Shown here piece after piece: positions 47,900-57,799 of a stretch of DNA of 64,000 nt. How positions within the stretch are numbered: the stretch's first letter is position 1; the number at the start of each line of letters is the position of its first letter. Both the position numbers and the translations under genes were made by a program. The notes under the pieces were generated by a model. That model had not been told where the DNA came from and did no database searches. It saw only the letters and a program-made list of their open reading frames with translations. The stretch comes from Candidatus Lutacidiplasmatales archaeon (lineage in GTDB: Archaea > Thermoplasmatota > Thermoplasmata > Lutacidiplasmatales > UBA184), in assembly GCA_044451945.1 (NCBI GenBank), contig JBIOKR010000004.1, forward strand, positions 23,454-87,453, in the 5' to 3' direction.

Positions 47900-49957
47900 C
47901 TAACTCAATTCCCAGGAGTCGCCAAGGAGGTCGCCGTACGCATCGTACCCTCCGCACAGGACCATGTAACCGTCCGTCGGGTCGTAGAACATCGCCGCCT
48001 CGAGCCGGGCCGGGGGGGACCGCGCGAAGCTCACGTTCGCCCACGAGCCGGAGGCGAACGTCCACGTGTCGTTGTAGATCGGACCGTAGAACGTGAGGCC
48101 GCCCCCAAAGAGGATCAGGAACCCTCCGGACGGGTCGTACCCGAAGGCCGGGTAGACCCTGGGAGACGGCCCGGTCGCGAAGGTGGCGGTGGCGTTCGAC
48201 CACGCCCCATGCCGGTAGAGCCAGGTGTCGTTCGACGGGCAGGCGTTCGCGGTGCACCCGCCATACAGCACGACATCCTTGGCGTACGGGTCGTACGCCA
48301 TGGTGGCGCGGTAGCGGCCCGGCGGGGCGCCGGTCACCGTGGCGCTCAACGACCGCCAGCGCTGGTGCGAGAACGCCCATGTGTCGTTGTACAGGACCCC
48401 CTTCGGATAGACGGCGGAGGTGCCGCCGAAGAGGAGGACGTATCGGTCGACCGGGTCGTACGCGAAGCCGGCCCGATATCGCGGTGGCGGAGCCTTCGAG
48501 AGGTTCCCGGTGAGGTTCGTCCAACGACCGTGGCTGAAGACCCACGTGTCTTGCAGGACGAGCACGGCCCCCGATCCAAGGTGGGTAATGCCCCCGAACA
48601 GCACGACCTCTTTGTCGATCGGGTCGTAGGCCATCTGACCGAGCGATCGTGCCGGTGGCGAGACGTTGAGGGTGGGGGTGATGTCGGTCCACACCCCGTG
48701 CACGAACGTCCAGGTGTCGCCGAACATCGGCTGGGCGCAGAGGTCGTCCGAGCACCCACCGAACAGGAGCCCATAGCCGTCCGCCGCGTCCCATACCGCG
48801 TTGGCCGCCAGCCGTGCGGTAGGCGGGGTGTCGACGTAGACCTTCCAACGGCCCGCATGGAACGACCAGGTGTCGGAGAAGAAGTCGCTCTGTCCGCCGA
48901 ACAGCACGACCCGGTGCGCGACCGGGTCGTACGTCACCATCGCGTCGTCGCGGGGCGACGGGGAAGCCCCGGTGACGTTCACCTTCGACCACGAACCGTT
49001 CGCGTACGCCCAGGTGTCGTTCGGGACGTAGGTTCGAAGGTTGTAGCCGCCGATCATCACGACGAACCCGTCGGACGGGTCGTTGACAAGGGACGCCCCG
49101 CCGCGGGAGGGTGGGGAGACGAGGGGGTGGATCTTCTGCCAGACTCCGTGGGAGAAGCCCCACGTGTCGTGGCAAGCGGCTCCGCACCCGTCGAACCCCC
49201 CGAAGAGAAGGAGGTAGCCGTCGACGGCGTCGAACGCCAAGGAGGGCGTGTAACGAGGCGAGAGCCCGGAAGGCGTTGTGACGCGAGACCATGTGTGCCC
49301 GTTGAAGGTCCAGGTCTGGTTCACGTCATACGCCCGGGAGTCGCGCCCCCCGAACAGGAGCGCGAAGTTCCCGGTCGGGTCGTAGGCGAGTCCGTAGAAG
49401 GCGAGCTTCGGGGGGCTCGCTTTCGGGTGGAGGATGGTCCACGTCCCGTTGGAGAACGCCCAGGTGTCCGAGAGGCCCGCGCGGAACGTGTAGTAGCCTT
49501 GGCTGCCTCCGAACAGGAGCAGGTATCCGGCGTGGGCATCGTACACCATGCGGGCGCCCATCCGGGCCGACGGGGATACCGGCGGGAACAGCTCGGTCCA
49601 TGTCCGATTCTTCAGAACCCACGTGTCGTTCAGGACCGCCGCTTCTCCGATCCCGCCGAAGAGGACGGTCTCGTTGTCCGTGGGGTCGTAGGCCATCGCT
49701 GCGTACGAACGCGGGGTCGGGAACAGCTGCGATGACTGGTTCCATCCGCCGATCGCGGCCGGACGGAAGGAAGGGGCGTCCGACGCGTGGAGGATGGCAG
49801 CGGGAGCGGCGACGGCGGGCCGCGATACTGACCCAGGGTTCCACGAAGGAAGAGCGAGGAGGGTGAGAACCAACGACACACCGACCGATAAGACCAGAGA
49901 TCGTCCGGCCTTCCTTCTCCCGGTCCACCGAGACCGGACGATGCGAGTCTTCGCCAC
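47900..49957 (-). CDS. Secreted kelch-repeat protein (12 repeats, probably two six-bladed propellers)
   Basis: Twelve copies of P..R...M.YDP....LLFGG....DTW.F..G.W after a signal peptide. No other domain or anchor. Confidence 0.88.
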   Translation of the reverse strand: MAKTRIVRSRWTGRRKAGRSLVLSVGVSLVLTLLALPSWNPGSVSRPAVAAPAAILHASDAPSFRPAAIGGWNQSSQLFPTPRSYAAMAYDPTDNETVLFGGIGEAAVLNDTWVLKNRTWTELFPPVSPSARMGARMVYDAHAGYLLLFGGSQGYYTFRAGLSDTWAFSNGTWTILHPKASPPKLAFYGLAYDPTGNFALLFGGRDSRAYDVNQTWTFNGHTWSRVTTPSGLSPRYTPSLAFDAVDGYLLLFGGFDGCGAACHDTWGFSHGVWQKIHPLVSPPSRGGASLVNDPSDGFVVMIGGYNLRTYVPNDTWAYANGSWSKVNVTGASPSPRDDAMVTYDPVAHRVVLFGGQSDFFSDTWSFHAGRWKVYVDTPPTARLAANAVWDAADGYGLLFGGCSDDLCAQPMFGDTWTFVHGVWTDITPTLNVSPPARSLGQMAYDPIDKEVVLFGGITHLGSGAVLVLQDTWVFSHGRWTNLTGNLSKAPPPRYRAGFAYDPVDRYVLLFGGTSAVYPKGVLYNDTWAFSHQRWRSLSATVTGAPPGRYRATMAYDPYAKDVVLYGGCTANACPSNDTWLYRHGAWSNATATFATGPSPRVYPAFGYDPSGGFLILFGGGLTFYGPIYNDTWTFASGSWANVSFARSPPARLEAAMFYDPTDGYMVLCGGYDAYGDLLGDSWELS

Positions 49958-50485
49958 CCGCTACCCCTTGGCGGGCTACGGCCCCAATCGGTGATAAGTC
50001 CGTGTGGCCACGACGTGGCCCATCGAGCGGCGTGGGTCCCTCTGGCGGGGAGCCGGTCGCTGCGCGCCTCGTGCCGCTCCATTGGAAGCTCAGTTCTGCG
50101 CGAGGAGGCGGGTGTTCCGGTGGAGCGAGCCGCGAAAGGCCCGGGGTACCGAACTCGATGGAGCGGTACGACCACTTCCACCGGGGATCCGACGTATTGG
50201 CCACCACGCCGGGGCGACTGCGTGAACCTACGGGAGGCGATGGGCCATTTCTCAGCCTGCGTCGGAACGGCACATCAGGTTCCTGACGTGGCGGCTAGGT
50301 CGCGGGAGTGAGCCCCTTTACGTGCGTCGCCTCAGCGAAAGAGTCCGGAATCAACCCGATTGACGCGGCCGCCTTGGGCGTCGAGGCTCGACTGCGAACG
50401 CTCTCCCCCCTTTCCTCCACGGAGAACGCGCAGCCGAACGCCTCGGGCCACGGTCAACCACTGGGCCTTGCTTCTCTCGCGGCGA

Positions 50486-51043
50486 TTATACGGAGACCTC
50501 CAGGTCGACCGTGAGGCTGAGCGAGTGGACGGCGGTTGAAACGAAGACGAGGTAGAAGGCGCCCGGGCCATACCATGACGATAACGAGTGGACTGTCAGC
50601 TGGCTTGAACCATAGCTACCAGAATTAAGTGGCGAGAGCCCGAAAAAATACCCCGGGGCTGAGAGTGGTGGGACGGTAATGGGGCTCGCGCTGAACGATC
50701 CTAGTGCGCTTATCGAAGGGCTCGTGGGGGAGGTAAGCAAGGCGAACTCGCTCGCGTTCATCCAGTACAACGACCAACCGAATTGCGACCCAGACACGGA
50801 GAAGTTGACCCAGTAAGTCGTGGTGTTGAAAGTAATGGGATAGCCCACGTAAGCCCCCGCTCCTCCCAGAGTGGGCTTCTCCACCTTGTACAAAGATGTC
50901 AGGTTTCCTGCGTACGTTCCCGCGTGCGTCGACCCGAAGTAGAACGCGGGAGTTGCACTTGCGTAGACGGCTCCCGCGAGGAGCAAGGCTACTCCGGTCA
51001 GCGATAGGGCGATTGCCGTTCGTCTCGAGATTCGGCGAAACAT
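50486..51043 (-). CDS. Secreted or membrane-tethered hypothetical protein
   Basis: MFRRISRRT plus hydrophobic helix, beta-rich body. More A/T-ending codons than the flanking genes. Confidence 0.6.
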   Translation of the reverse strand: MFRRISRRTAIALSLTGVALLLAGAVYASATPAFYFGSTHAGTYAGNLTSLYKVEKPTLGGAGAYVGYPITFNTTTYWVNFSVSGSQFGWSLYWMNASEFALLTSPTSPSISALGSFSASPITVPPLSAPGYFFGLSPLNSGSYGSSQLTVHSLSSWYGPGAFYLVFVSTAVHSLSLTVDLEVSV

Positions 51044-51386
51044 GGCGACGCAGAGACGGTCGCGCGATATAGCCCACCCCAATCATCCCATCGGACTTCA
51101 CAGCCCGGGGGAGCGCCCATCAATCCGCCGACATTCAATCCTCGCCTACACGCCTCCATTGGGGCCCGGCAGGTCCCTTTGCATGAGCTCGTCAATCCTC
51201 ATCCGTCGACCGCAGTCGAGGCATGGTCTGGAGGTCTCAGGCGGCGTCTCCCCGACGGAAGGTGATGGACTTTCCCTGACCGTAGGGAGTCGATGGAACG
51301 GTGGACGCCGGGCCGCTCGGCGCCCAGAGGCCGAGATCGGGGCCAAGTCGGGTTCCCGTCAGCGGCCGTCCTCGGCCCCGTCTTGT

Positions 51387-52283
51387 TCACGAGACCGTGA
51401 TCGAGTGGATGAAGATCCCCTGACCGAGCTTGGCCATCTCGTCACTGATGCTGGCGGAAACTGAGATCCAACGGGCGTTCGTGCTCGACACCAGGAGATT
51501 CGTGGTCCATAGAAAGCTCAGATCGAACAGGTATTGGTGCTTCGTGGTCGTAGTAGGAATCTGGAAGGTCAGAAGCCAGTACGAGTTCGTCGGGTAGCTC
51601 GTTTGTGTCGGGAGCGCCCCGGAGGAACCGCAGGTGTTGGTCGATCCGAAGGAGGCCGGGGCGCAGCCCGTGACGTTCTCCCACGACATCCCCCAGGTCT
51701 CGCCGAGTACGCCCAGCTTGCCCGGGCTGGTGAAGTTGGACCACCGAGCCCGATGGTTCGTCGCGGTCGTGCTGTCGTAGAGGCTCGCTTGGAATATGAT
51801 GAACAGCCACGACATCTTGAGGGCGCATTGGGAGGTCACCCCGGTCGTGTTGGAGTAACGGCAGGCGCCGAGCTTGGCGTGGACCAGGATGTCCCAGATC
51901 AGCGATGCGTTCACAACGACGGAGGTCGCCGATTGAGGAGCAGGGATCTGGATCTGCAGGACAAGGGTCGCCGGGTTGTCGTTGTGGACGCCGTTACAGG
52001 AACCGCCACAACGGGGGAACACCGCTTTCGCGCTGTACCCGCCGTACCCCGAGCTTCCATGGAAGAACGGCGTGGTGTTGGTGAGGCTGCCGGTGCCCGA
52101 GTTGTTCACGGAGTCCTTCCCCGCATCCTTCACCATCTTGAAGGGCGGACGATGGACCGCGGATGCCGAGCCAGCTCCTGCACCGCTCGAGATCACAACC
52201 ATCGCGCAAAGGAGCGCTGGCGCTAACGAGACGATCCGAATTACGAGCGTGGTCTTCTTCCGGGCGAAAGCGGCTGCGGTCAC
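51387..52283 (-). CDS. Secreted beta-rich protein, divergent APYKG-family member 4
   Basis: Signal ending ASA, RPPFKM, C-x11-C loop, second C-x10-C loop, EMAKLGQGIFIHSITVS*. Confidence 0.7.
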   Translation of the reverse strand: MTAAAFARKKTTLVIRIVSLAPALLCAMVVISSGAGAGSASAVHRPPFKMVKDAGKDSVNNSGTGSLTNTTPFFHGSSGYGGYSAKAVFPRCGGSCNGVHNDNPATLVLQIQIPAPQSATSVVVNASLIWDILVHAKLGACRYSNTTGVTSQCALKMSWLFIIFQASLYDSTTATNHRARWSNFTSPGKLGVLGETWGMSWENVTGCAPASFGSTNTCGSSGALPTQTSYPTNSYWLLTFQIPTTTTKHQYLFDLSFLWTTNLLVSSTNARWISVSASISDEMAKLGQGIFIHSITVS

Positions 52284-52801
52284 GGTCCCGGTCCTCCAAG
52301 CCGAACGGCTAGATGAGACCTGTGGAACAGGTGTCCGCGTGGCTACCGCTGGATGAGCGTGGGTATCCTGACGCCCACTTTCGGCTCAACTTTAACGGCA
52401 CGCCAGTTTCCTGACGTGCCGGCCAGGTCGCGGTAGTAAGCCCCTTTCTGTTTCAGGCAACATTCGACTGCGCGCTCTCCTCGACGGTCGGGGGATCAGC
52501 CTCATACCGTCACTCAGGGCTTGCTCCCGGGGAGTCGGCCGTTTCACCAACTCCAGGAGGAAGCTCCGGCCCCAGGCCTTCACCGTACCTCCCGGCTGTG
52601 TCGTTTCTGCTCCGTTGCTCGGACTCTCGCCCGACGGGCTCCCGCCCGTCCCCGTGATCCCCGGAGAGGGGACTTTCCTCAGCAGGCCGACGTTGTTGGT
52701 CGGTCCCACCGTCAGCTGCCCTCCGCCTCCTGGCAAGGATACGGAGCGTCCCCGGAGGGATAATCCCTGCGGGCGGACGGGGGGGAAAGGGGGATACCTG
52801 A

Positions 52802-53566
52802 GTGAAGTTCCCAGCGGCCGTGACGCCCGACCCGGATGCGGCTCCCCGCCGCGGGAAGACCTCCCCCGCGGAACCGATCCTCATGCCCTGCCTGATGCTC
52901 GGCCGCGGACGGGTGATGCTCCCGGGGGAGGACGGCCCCGTCATCGCGCGTGACGACGAGGGGAAGCCGCTGGACCCGTTGGATGTCACCGACCGGTTGA
53001 ACGCGAAATACTCGCGTCTGTACGTCGTCGACCTTGACGGTATCGAGAGCGACCGACCGCAGCTTGACTACCTACAGGAGATCTCGCGCGACGGCGAGGT
53101 CTGGATCGACGCCGGGGTAAAGACGGGGGACCAGGCGATCGACGTGCTGGTTGCCGGCGCGCGTCGCGCTGTGCTCTCGACCGCCCACCTCGAGTCCCCG
53201 AGGGAGCTCTCTCGGGCATGGAAGCTCTCGCCGGACCTGGTTCTCGAGGTCGAAACCGAGCCGGGAGGGGTGCGTTGCGCCTCCTCGGCCTGGGAGGTCC
53301 GGGACGCCCGGTCCATCGCCCAATCGGCACGCGCGCTAGGGATCTCCGAGGTGGTCCTGAGCCCCCGGGGCGGCCCGGTCGACTGGCCGCTCGTCCGGGC
53401 GATGAGCCAGGATGGCTCCCTCTGGGTCAATGGGTCGTTCGAGCACTCCGACGCTCCCAAGCTCGCGGAGAACGGGGCCTCCGGGGGCATCTTCCATATC
53501 AACGGCGAGCTCGCGGGGGCACCGCCGAAGACATCGTCGACCTCCCGCTCCTCGGATGACGGCTAG
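52802..53566 (+). CDS. HisA/HisF-related TIM-barrel protein
   Basis: LYVVDLDG, VWIDAGV, GARRAVLST, LWVNG. The start may be 52883. Confidence 0.8.
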   Translation: MKFPAAVTPDPDAAPRRGKTSPAEPILMPCLMLGRGRVMLPGEDGPVIARDDEGKPLDPLDVTDRLNAKYSRLYVVDLDGIESDRPQLDYLQEISRDGEVWIDAGVKTGDQAIDVLVAGARRAVLSTAHLESPRELSRAWKLSPDLVLEVETEPGGVRCASSAWEVRDARSIAQSARALGISEVVLSPRGGPVDWPLVRAMSQDGSLWVNGSFEHSDAPKLAENGASGGIFHINGELAGAPPKTSSTSRSSDDG

Positions 53567-53790
53567 GCCAACGCGGGATGATGACCAACAGAACCAGCTG
53601 AACGGTGATGACTGATGGGCGAGCTGACCGCGGGACCAAGCCTCTTTCGATCACGCCATCCGGTGGGTGAGCGACGCGACAGTACCTGGACCTCTCGGAC
53701 GACTTACTTCCGGTTCTCAAGGGCTCCGGGCTAATTCGTCGGGCGTTTCACCACATTCAGGGGGGCCGGACCGACATGGGCAGCGCCGGG

Positions 53791-54255
53791 TTAGAGGAGC
53801 GGGTACGCCGCCGTCCCCGAGATTTCAATTCCGGCCGGGTTGGAGAGATCACCGCTTTCGAACGTGTAGTGGCTCGCATTGGAGATGAATTCGTAAGAGC
53901 CGCTCGAACCGAGCTCGCCGTAGATGATGGGGATGGTCCTTTCGGGGCCCCATGGGACTTACGCGGCGACCACCGATAGTTCCGAAACGCTCCCGTCGGA
54001 GGTGTGCCAAGAGAATTGAACCCGAGCCCCGGAGGGCCAACTCCGTTCTTGGCCACCCACTCCGCTCATCGTGAAGCCGAACGAATGGGACACGGGTATC
54101 TCTGCGAGCACCTCCACCGCTACGACAACCGCCACCACAGCGATCGCCAGCTCGATATCGAAGCGTTGGCGGCGCGATCGGCCACGGCCGGTCCCGGGCG
54201 GAACTGTGAACCCGGCCGCAGGTGAGGCCCCGACGGTGCTGGCCGGCGCGGGCAT
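53791..54255 (-). pseudogene. Membrane-anchored beta-rich protein interrupted by one in-frame TAA (53961-53959)
   Basis: The same frame continues after the stop: VVAA*VPWGPERTIPIIYGELGSSGSYEFISNASHYTFESGDLSNPAGIEISGTAAYPLL*. N-terminal TM segment IAVVAVVVAVEVLA. Confidence 0.6.
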
Positions 54256-54643
54256 GGGGGGCTGGGCGGCCCCGCAATATGAGTGAAAGCGCGAGCCCGG
54301 GTCGAGCCGCGTCTGGCCGCTCGGGCCCGGCCCCAGATTCATCGCCTTCCGGTCAAGCGCGGACTGGGGTTCAATCTTGCGTTCGGTCGAGGTTCCGAGC
54401 TCCTCGCGGCACGAGCCGCCTTTCCCGGCAAACCATTGAGCGATCGGATTCTTCTCGACCAGCGGGAGTTTCGCCCGCGCAACCCACCTCCAAGGGCACG
54501 CGGGCTTGGGGCCTAACAACCCCGTTCGGTGGACGCTGGCGACTCCGTAAGGCCCGGCGGAGCCAGGAGAAGGAGGGGCCGAGTCAGGTGGAGTCTTCGA
54601 CCGGCCGTGTTTAATTGATGGGCCTTCGGTGCCGACGTGAGGA

Positions 54644-56284
54644 GTGGTAGCATTCGACAACAAGACGATGCGACACGACCGTCCCCCTTATCGGGGCCGG
54701 AATCACGTCAGGGGAATTCGGAGGTTCCCAAGATCCATGGGGGCGACGACGATGGATGGGATCATTCCGACGGCCCAGCGACCGGCCGAATCCCTTACGC
54801 GCGGTGCCCCCCCGATTGAGCTCCCCTCGGGGCGGCGCAGGGGATTCCGGCGACGCCGCGGCTTTTCCCCCGGTGTTACCACCGGGATCGGCATCGCGAT
54901 CCTCGTGCTGGTTGTGCCCACCACGGGCGTGCTCGCGGTCCACGCGGGCTCGATCCCTGCCTCGCACAAGGCGTTCACCCAGCAGCAACTGTTCAACCGG
55001 CACATCAAGCACATCGTCATCATCATGATGGAGAACCACGGCTACGACAACTACTTCGGTGTGTACTGTCAGCAGGTCGGCAAGTACTGCCCGAACACCA
55101 CCGCCGGGATCCCCTCCGGGACATGCGTACCGCTCTACCCGAACGTGACCAACTCGACGTGCGCCGTCCCGTACAACTACACGAGGGCCAACATGACCAT
55201 CACCTCCCCGATGATGCACGGCGAGGTCCCCTCGATCTCCGCTTGGAACAACGGTTCGATGAACAACTTCTATCTCGCCGAGCATTCGGGGCTCGACCCG
55301 TTCGGACACTACAACGGGAGCACGGCCCCACTGTACTGGGACCTCGCCCAGGAGTACGCACTCGGCGACCACTTCTTCTCCTCGAGCCTCTCCTACTCGC
55401 TCGCGAACCACTGGTTCATCATCGCCGGGACCGCGCCTCCGGAGTCGGTCAACTCGACGCTCATCAAGACCGCGGACAAGAAGGTCTACCTGCGCCAAGC
55501 GAACAACACGACCAGCGCGGAGGACCTCCTCTTGGGCCGCTCGGGCGTCACGTGGCGGTACTACGACTATGGCCTATCGAGCTGGACGGCCGCCCAGGCC
55601 GCCCAGATCGGCATCGGTATCCCGAGCCGAGGGGCGTACAACTACTGGAACCCCCAGGCCGCCAAGTACGAATCGTACACCCCGAAGCTCGACTACCACT
55701 TCGTTCCGAACACCCGCTTCTTCGCCGACGCCCTCAACGGGACCCTCCCGAACATCTCGTGGGTGATGCCGTACGCCCGGGACTCTGACCACCCGCCCGA
55801 GAACGTCACGCGCGCCGAGGCGTGGGTCTCCACCGCGATCGACTCGGTCGAGGCCTCCCCGGAGTGGAACACGACGGCCGTCTTCCTCTCCTGGGACGAT
55901 TACGGCGGCTGGTGGGACAACATGGCTCCTCCGGTTCTTTTCGGCACGCAGATGTCCTTCCGTGTGCCGCTGATCGTCATCAGCCCGTACACCCCGGCGG
56001 GGCTGGTGGTCAAAACGACCGCCGCGTTCTCCTCGCTGCTCAGCCTCGTCGAGGCCCGCTACGGCCTCGGCTGCCTTTCCGTCCTCGACTGCTTCTCCGC
56101 CCCACCGCTCGATTACTTCAACTTCAGCATGCACCCGAGGGCTCCCATCCTATTCCCCACCCTGGTGAAGAAGCTGACCTATCCGGCGACCCTGGCACCG
56201 GCAGCCCCCGGCATGCTCAACGCATGGCGGGCCCCGGTCAACTTCACGAACGACCCGAATGGGAACGGCCCGGACGTCGACTGA
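54644..56284 (+). CDS. Secreted phospholipase C/acid phosphatase (phosphoesterase family), paralogue of 44099-46210
   Basis: IMMENHGYDNYFG, SYSLANHW, SDHPP, SWDDYGGWWDN, FRVPLIVISPY. RRRGF before the hydrophobic helix. Start uncertain (54644, 54737 or 54752). Confidence 0.88.
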   Translation: MVAFDNKTMRHDRPPYRGRNHVRGIRRFPRSMGATTMDGIIPTAQRPAESLTRGAPPIELPSGRRRGFRRRRGFSPGVTTGIGIAILVLVVPTTGVLAVHAGSIPASHKAFTQQQLFNRHIKHIVIIMMENHGYDNYFGVYCQQVGKYCPNTTAGIPSGTCVPLYPNVTNSTCAVPYNYTRANMTITSPMMHGEVPSISAWNNGSMNNFYLAEHSGLDPFGHYNGSTAPLYWDLAQEYALGDHFFSSSLSYSLANHWFIIAGTAPPESVNSTLIKTADKKVYLRQANNTTSAEDLLLGRSGVTWRYYDYGLSSWTAAQAAQIGIGIPSRGAYNYWNPQAAKYESYTPKLDYHFVPNTRFFADALNGTLPNISWVMPYARDSDHPPENVTRAEAWVSTAIDSVEASPEWNTTAVFLSWDDYGGWWDNMAPPVLFGTQMSFRVPLIVISPYTPAGLVVKTTAAFSSLLSLVEARYGLGCLSVLDCFSAPPLDYFNFSMHPRAPILFPTLVKKLTYPATLAPAAPGMLNAWRAPVNFTNDPNGNGPDVD

Positions 56285-56629
56285 GCCACCTCCCCGCTCC
56301 GGAGCGCCGACTTCGCAGCCGGTGGAAACGATTTGACCACCTGGCCTGGAGCAACGGGCGACGATCCGTCCACCTCCTGGCCCGGAGACATTGCGGATTC
56401 TCGGGCACGCGGTATCGCCGTGGGCTCCCGATTTGGGCAGGGAGAGCGGGCGGCCCCGAAGTGCGGCATCTCGCCCTTCAACGCTCGGTAGCCCCCCTGC
56501 ATCTGCCCGCTGCCCGGCGGGGGATGTGACTATCCATGGGGTCCTAAGGAGAAATGGAAGGAATGGGTTGGCACGAGAATCCCCGACCGCCGGCGGGCGA
56601 ACCCGCCAGGAGGTAGGGCGCGGGCGGGC

Positions 56630-57436
56630 CTAGATCACCTTTTCCTGCACCAGCGTGGCACCCTCGCCACCGGTGGCCATGTTGACCGTCGCCGTCGCCG
56701 TGCTCGATCCCGCATTCAGGACCGTCGTGGTCACCGCGATCTCGATCCCGACGATCCACGCGTAGGTGTCCCCCGAGCCGAGGGTCGTGTTCGCGTAGAG
56801 CGTGAAGATGTGGGAGGTCACCAGGTAGGTGAACGTCCGGTTCACGTTGTAGCTCGAGCTCGAGTTGTAGAAGCTCGTCCCGTACTTCGCGTACGTGTTC
56901 CCCGTCACGTTCCACAGGTTTCCGCCGACCCACACCTGGACCGTCGTCGCCGTGTATTGCGACTTGTTGCCCAGGAAGTTGTTCAGGGTCAAGGCGTAGC
57001 TCGCCTTGAACTGGGCCGAGATCGTGTGGTAGCCGGTCGAGGTCATCGTCCAGGCGCCGCCGATCATTCCGGCCTGGTCCGTTGCCGAGGCGCTGGTGTA
57101 CGACGGGAACCCGTAGAGACCGCAGACCTTCGAGGTCGCGGTCGCGGACTCGACGAGCTTGCCCGTCGACAACGTGAACAGCCCGACCTTCGTGAGGGCC
57201 GCCGTCCCACCGCAGCCGCTGGTCGACAACGAGTTCGGGCCGCCCGTGACGCTCCCCTTGTACGGTGCCTTGATGACGATCGCCTTGAAACCGGCCGAGC
57301 CGAGCGGGGCGAGGACCATGAGAAGGGTCACCGCCGCCGTGGCGCCTACAGCGGTCAATCCCGCCGCGCCGCTCCACGAGCCACGTCGGGCTCGATAGCC
57401 GAATTCGGGTCGAGTCGCTCCACTCCCATCGTTCAT
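56630..57436 (-). CDS. Secreted beta-rich protein, APYKG-family member 5
   Basis: Signal ending LGSA, IKAPYKG, GCG...C, VNMATGGEGATLVQEKVI*. Confidence 0.85.
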   Translation of the reverse strand: MNDGSGATRPEFGYRARRGSWSGAAGLTAVGATAAVTLLMVLAPLGSAGFKAIVIKAPYKGSVTGGPNSLSTSGCGGTAALTKVGLFTLSTGKLVESATATSKVCGLYGFPSYTSASATDQAGMIGGAWTMTSTGYHTISAQFKASYALTLNNFLGNKSQYTATTVQVWVGGNLWNVTGNTYAKYGTSFYNSSSSYNVNRTFTYLVTSHIFTLYANTTLGSGDTYAWIVGIEIAVTTTVLNAGSSTATATVNMATGGEGATLVQEKVI

Positions 57437-57448
57437 GCCTTGTGTTCC

Positions 57449-57517
57449 CCCGTCTCAGGAGACGGCTCCTTCCGGAGACGCCCTGAGTGCAGGCGGGGGA
57501 CGATGACCCTGTTATAT
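57449..57517 (-). promoter_or_regulatory. TATA-like element plus leader palindrome CCGTCTC-AG-GAGACGG upstream of member 5 (repeated at +1,170 for member 6)
   Basis: TTATAT at 57512-57517 and an inverted repeat close to the start codon, both conserved in the duplicate. Confidence 0.5.
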
Positions 57518-57799
57518 GAAACCGGAGGGCGAAGCCGGAGGTTTCCCCTCGAAAATGCTTCTATCGCCGCCGGCGCGACGACTCGGGGTCAGTGGACCGA
57601 GGAAAGGGAATAGGGCCCGGGCTCGGAGGGCTGACATCGGTCGTCGGAGAGGCGGGACGACGACCCGATACGCGACGTGGAGACTCGAGGGAGCGCACGC
57701 AAAAGGAGAGAGGGAAAAGGTTGGACGGCCCCGACCTCGGGATGAGGTCAATGGTCGACCCACAGCGGGCGCCGCCCACTGAAGGCCTGGCCGCAGTCC

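Noticed and set aside
51146-51346. 66-aa ORF with CLDC
   Set aside because: A single CxxC in a Pro/Arg-rich background is insufficient support.
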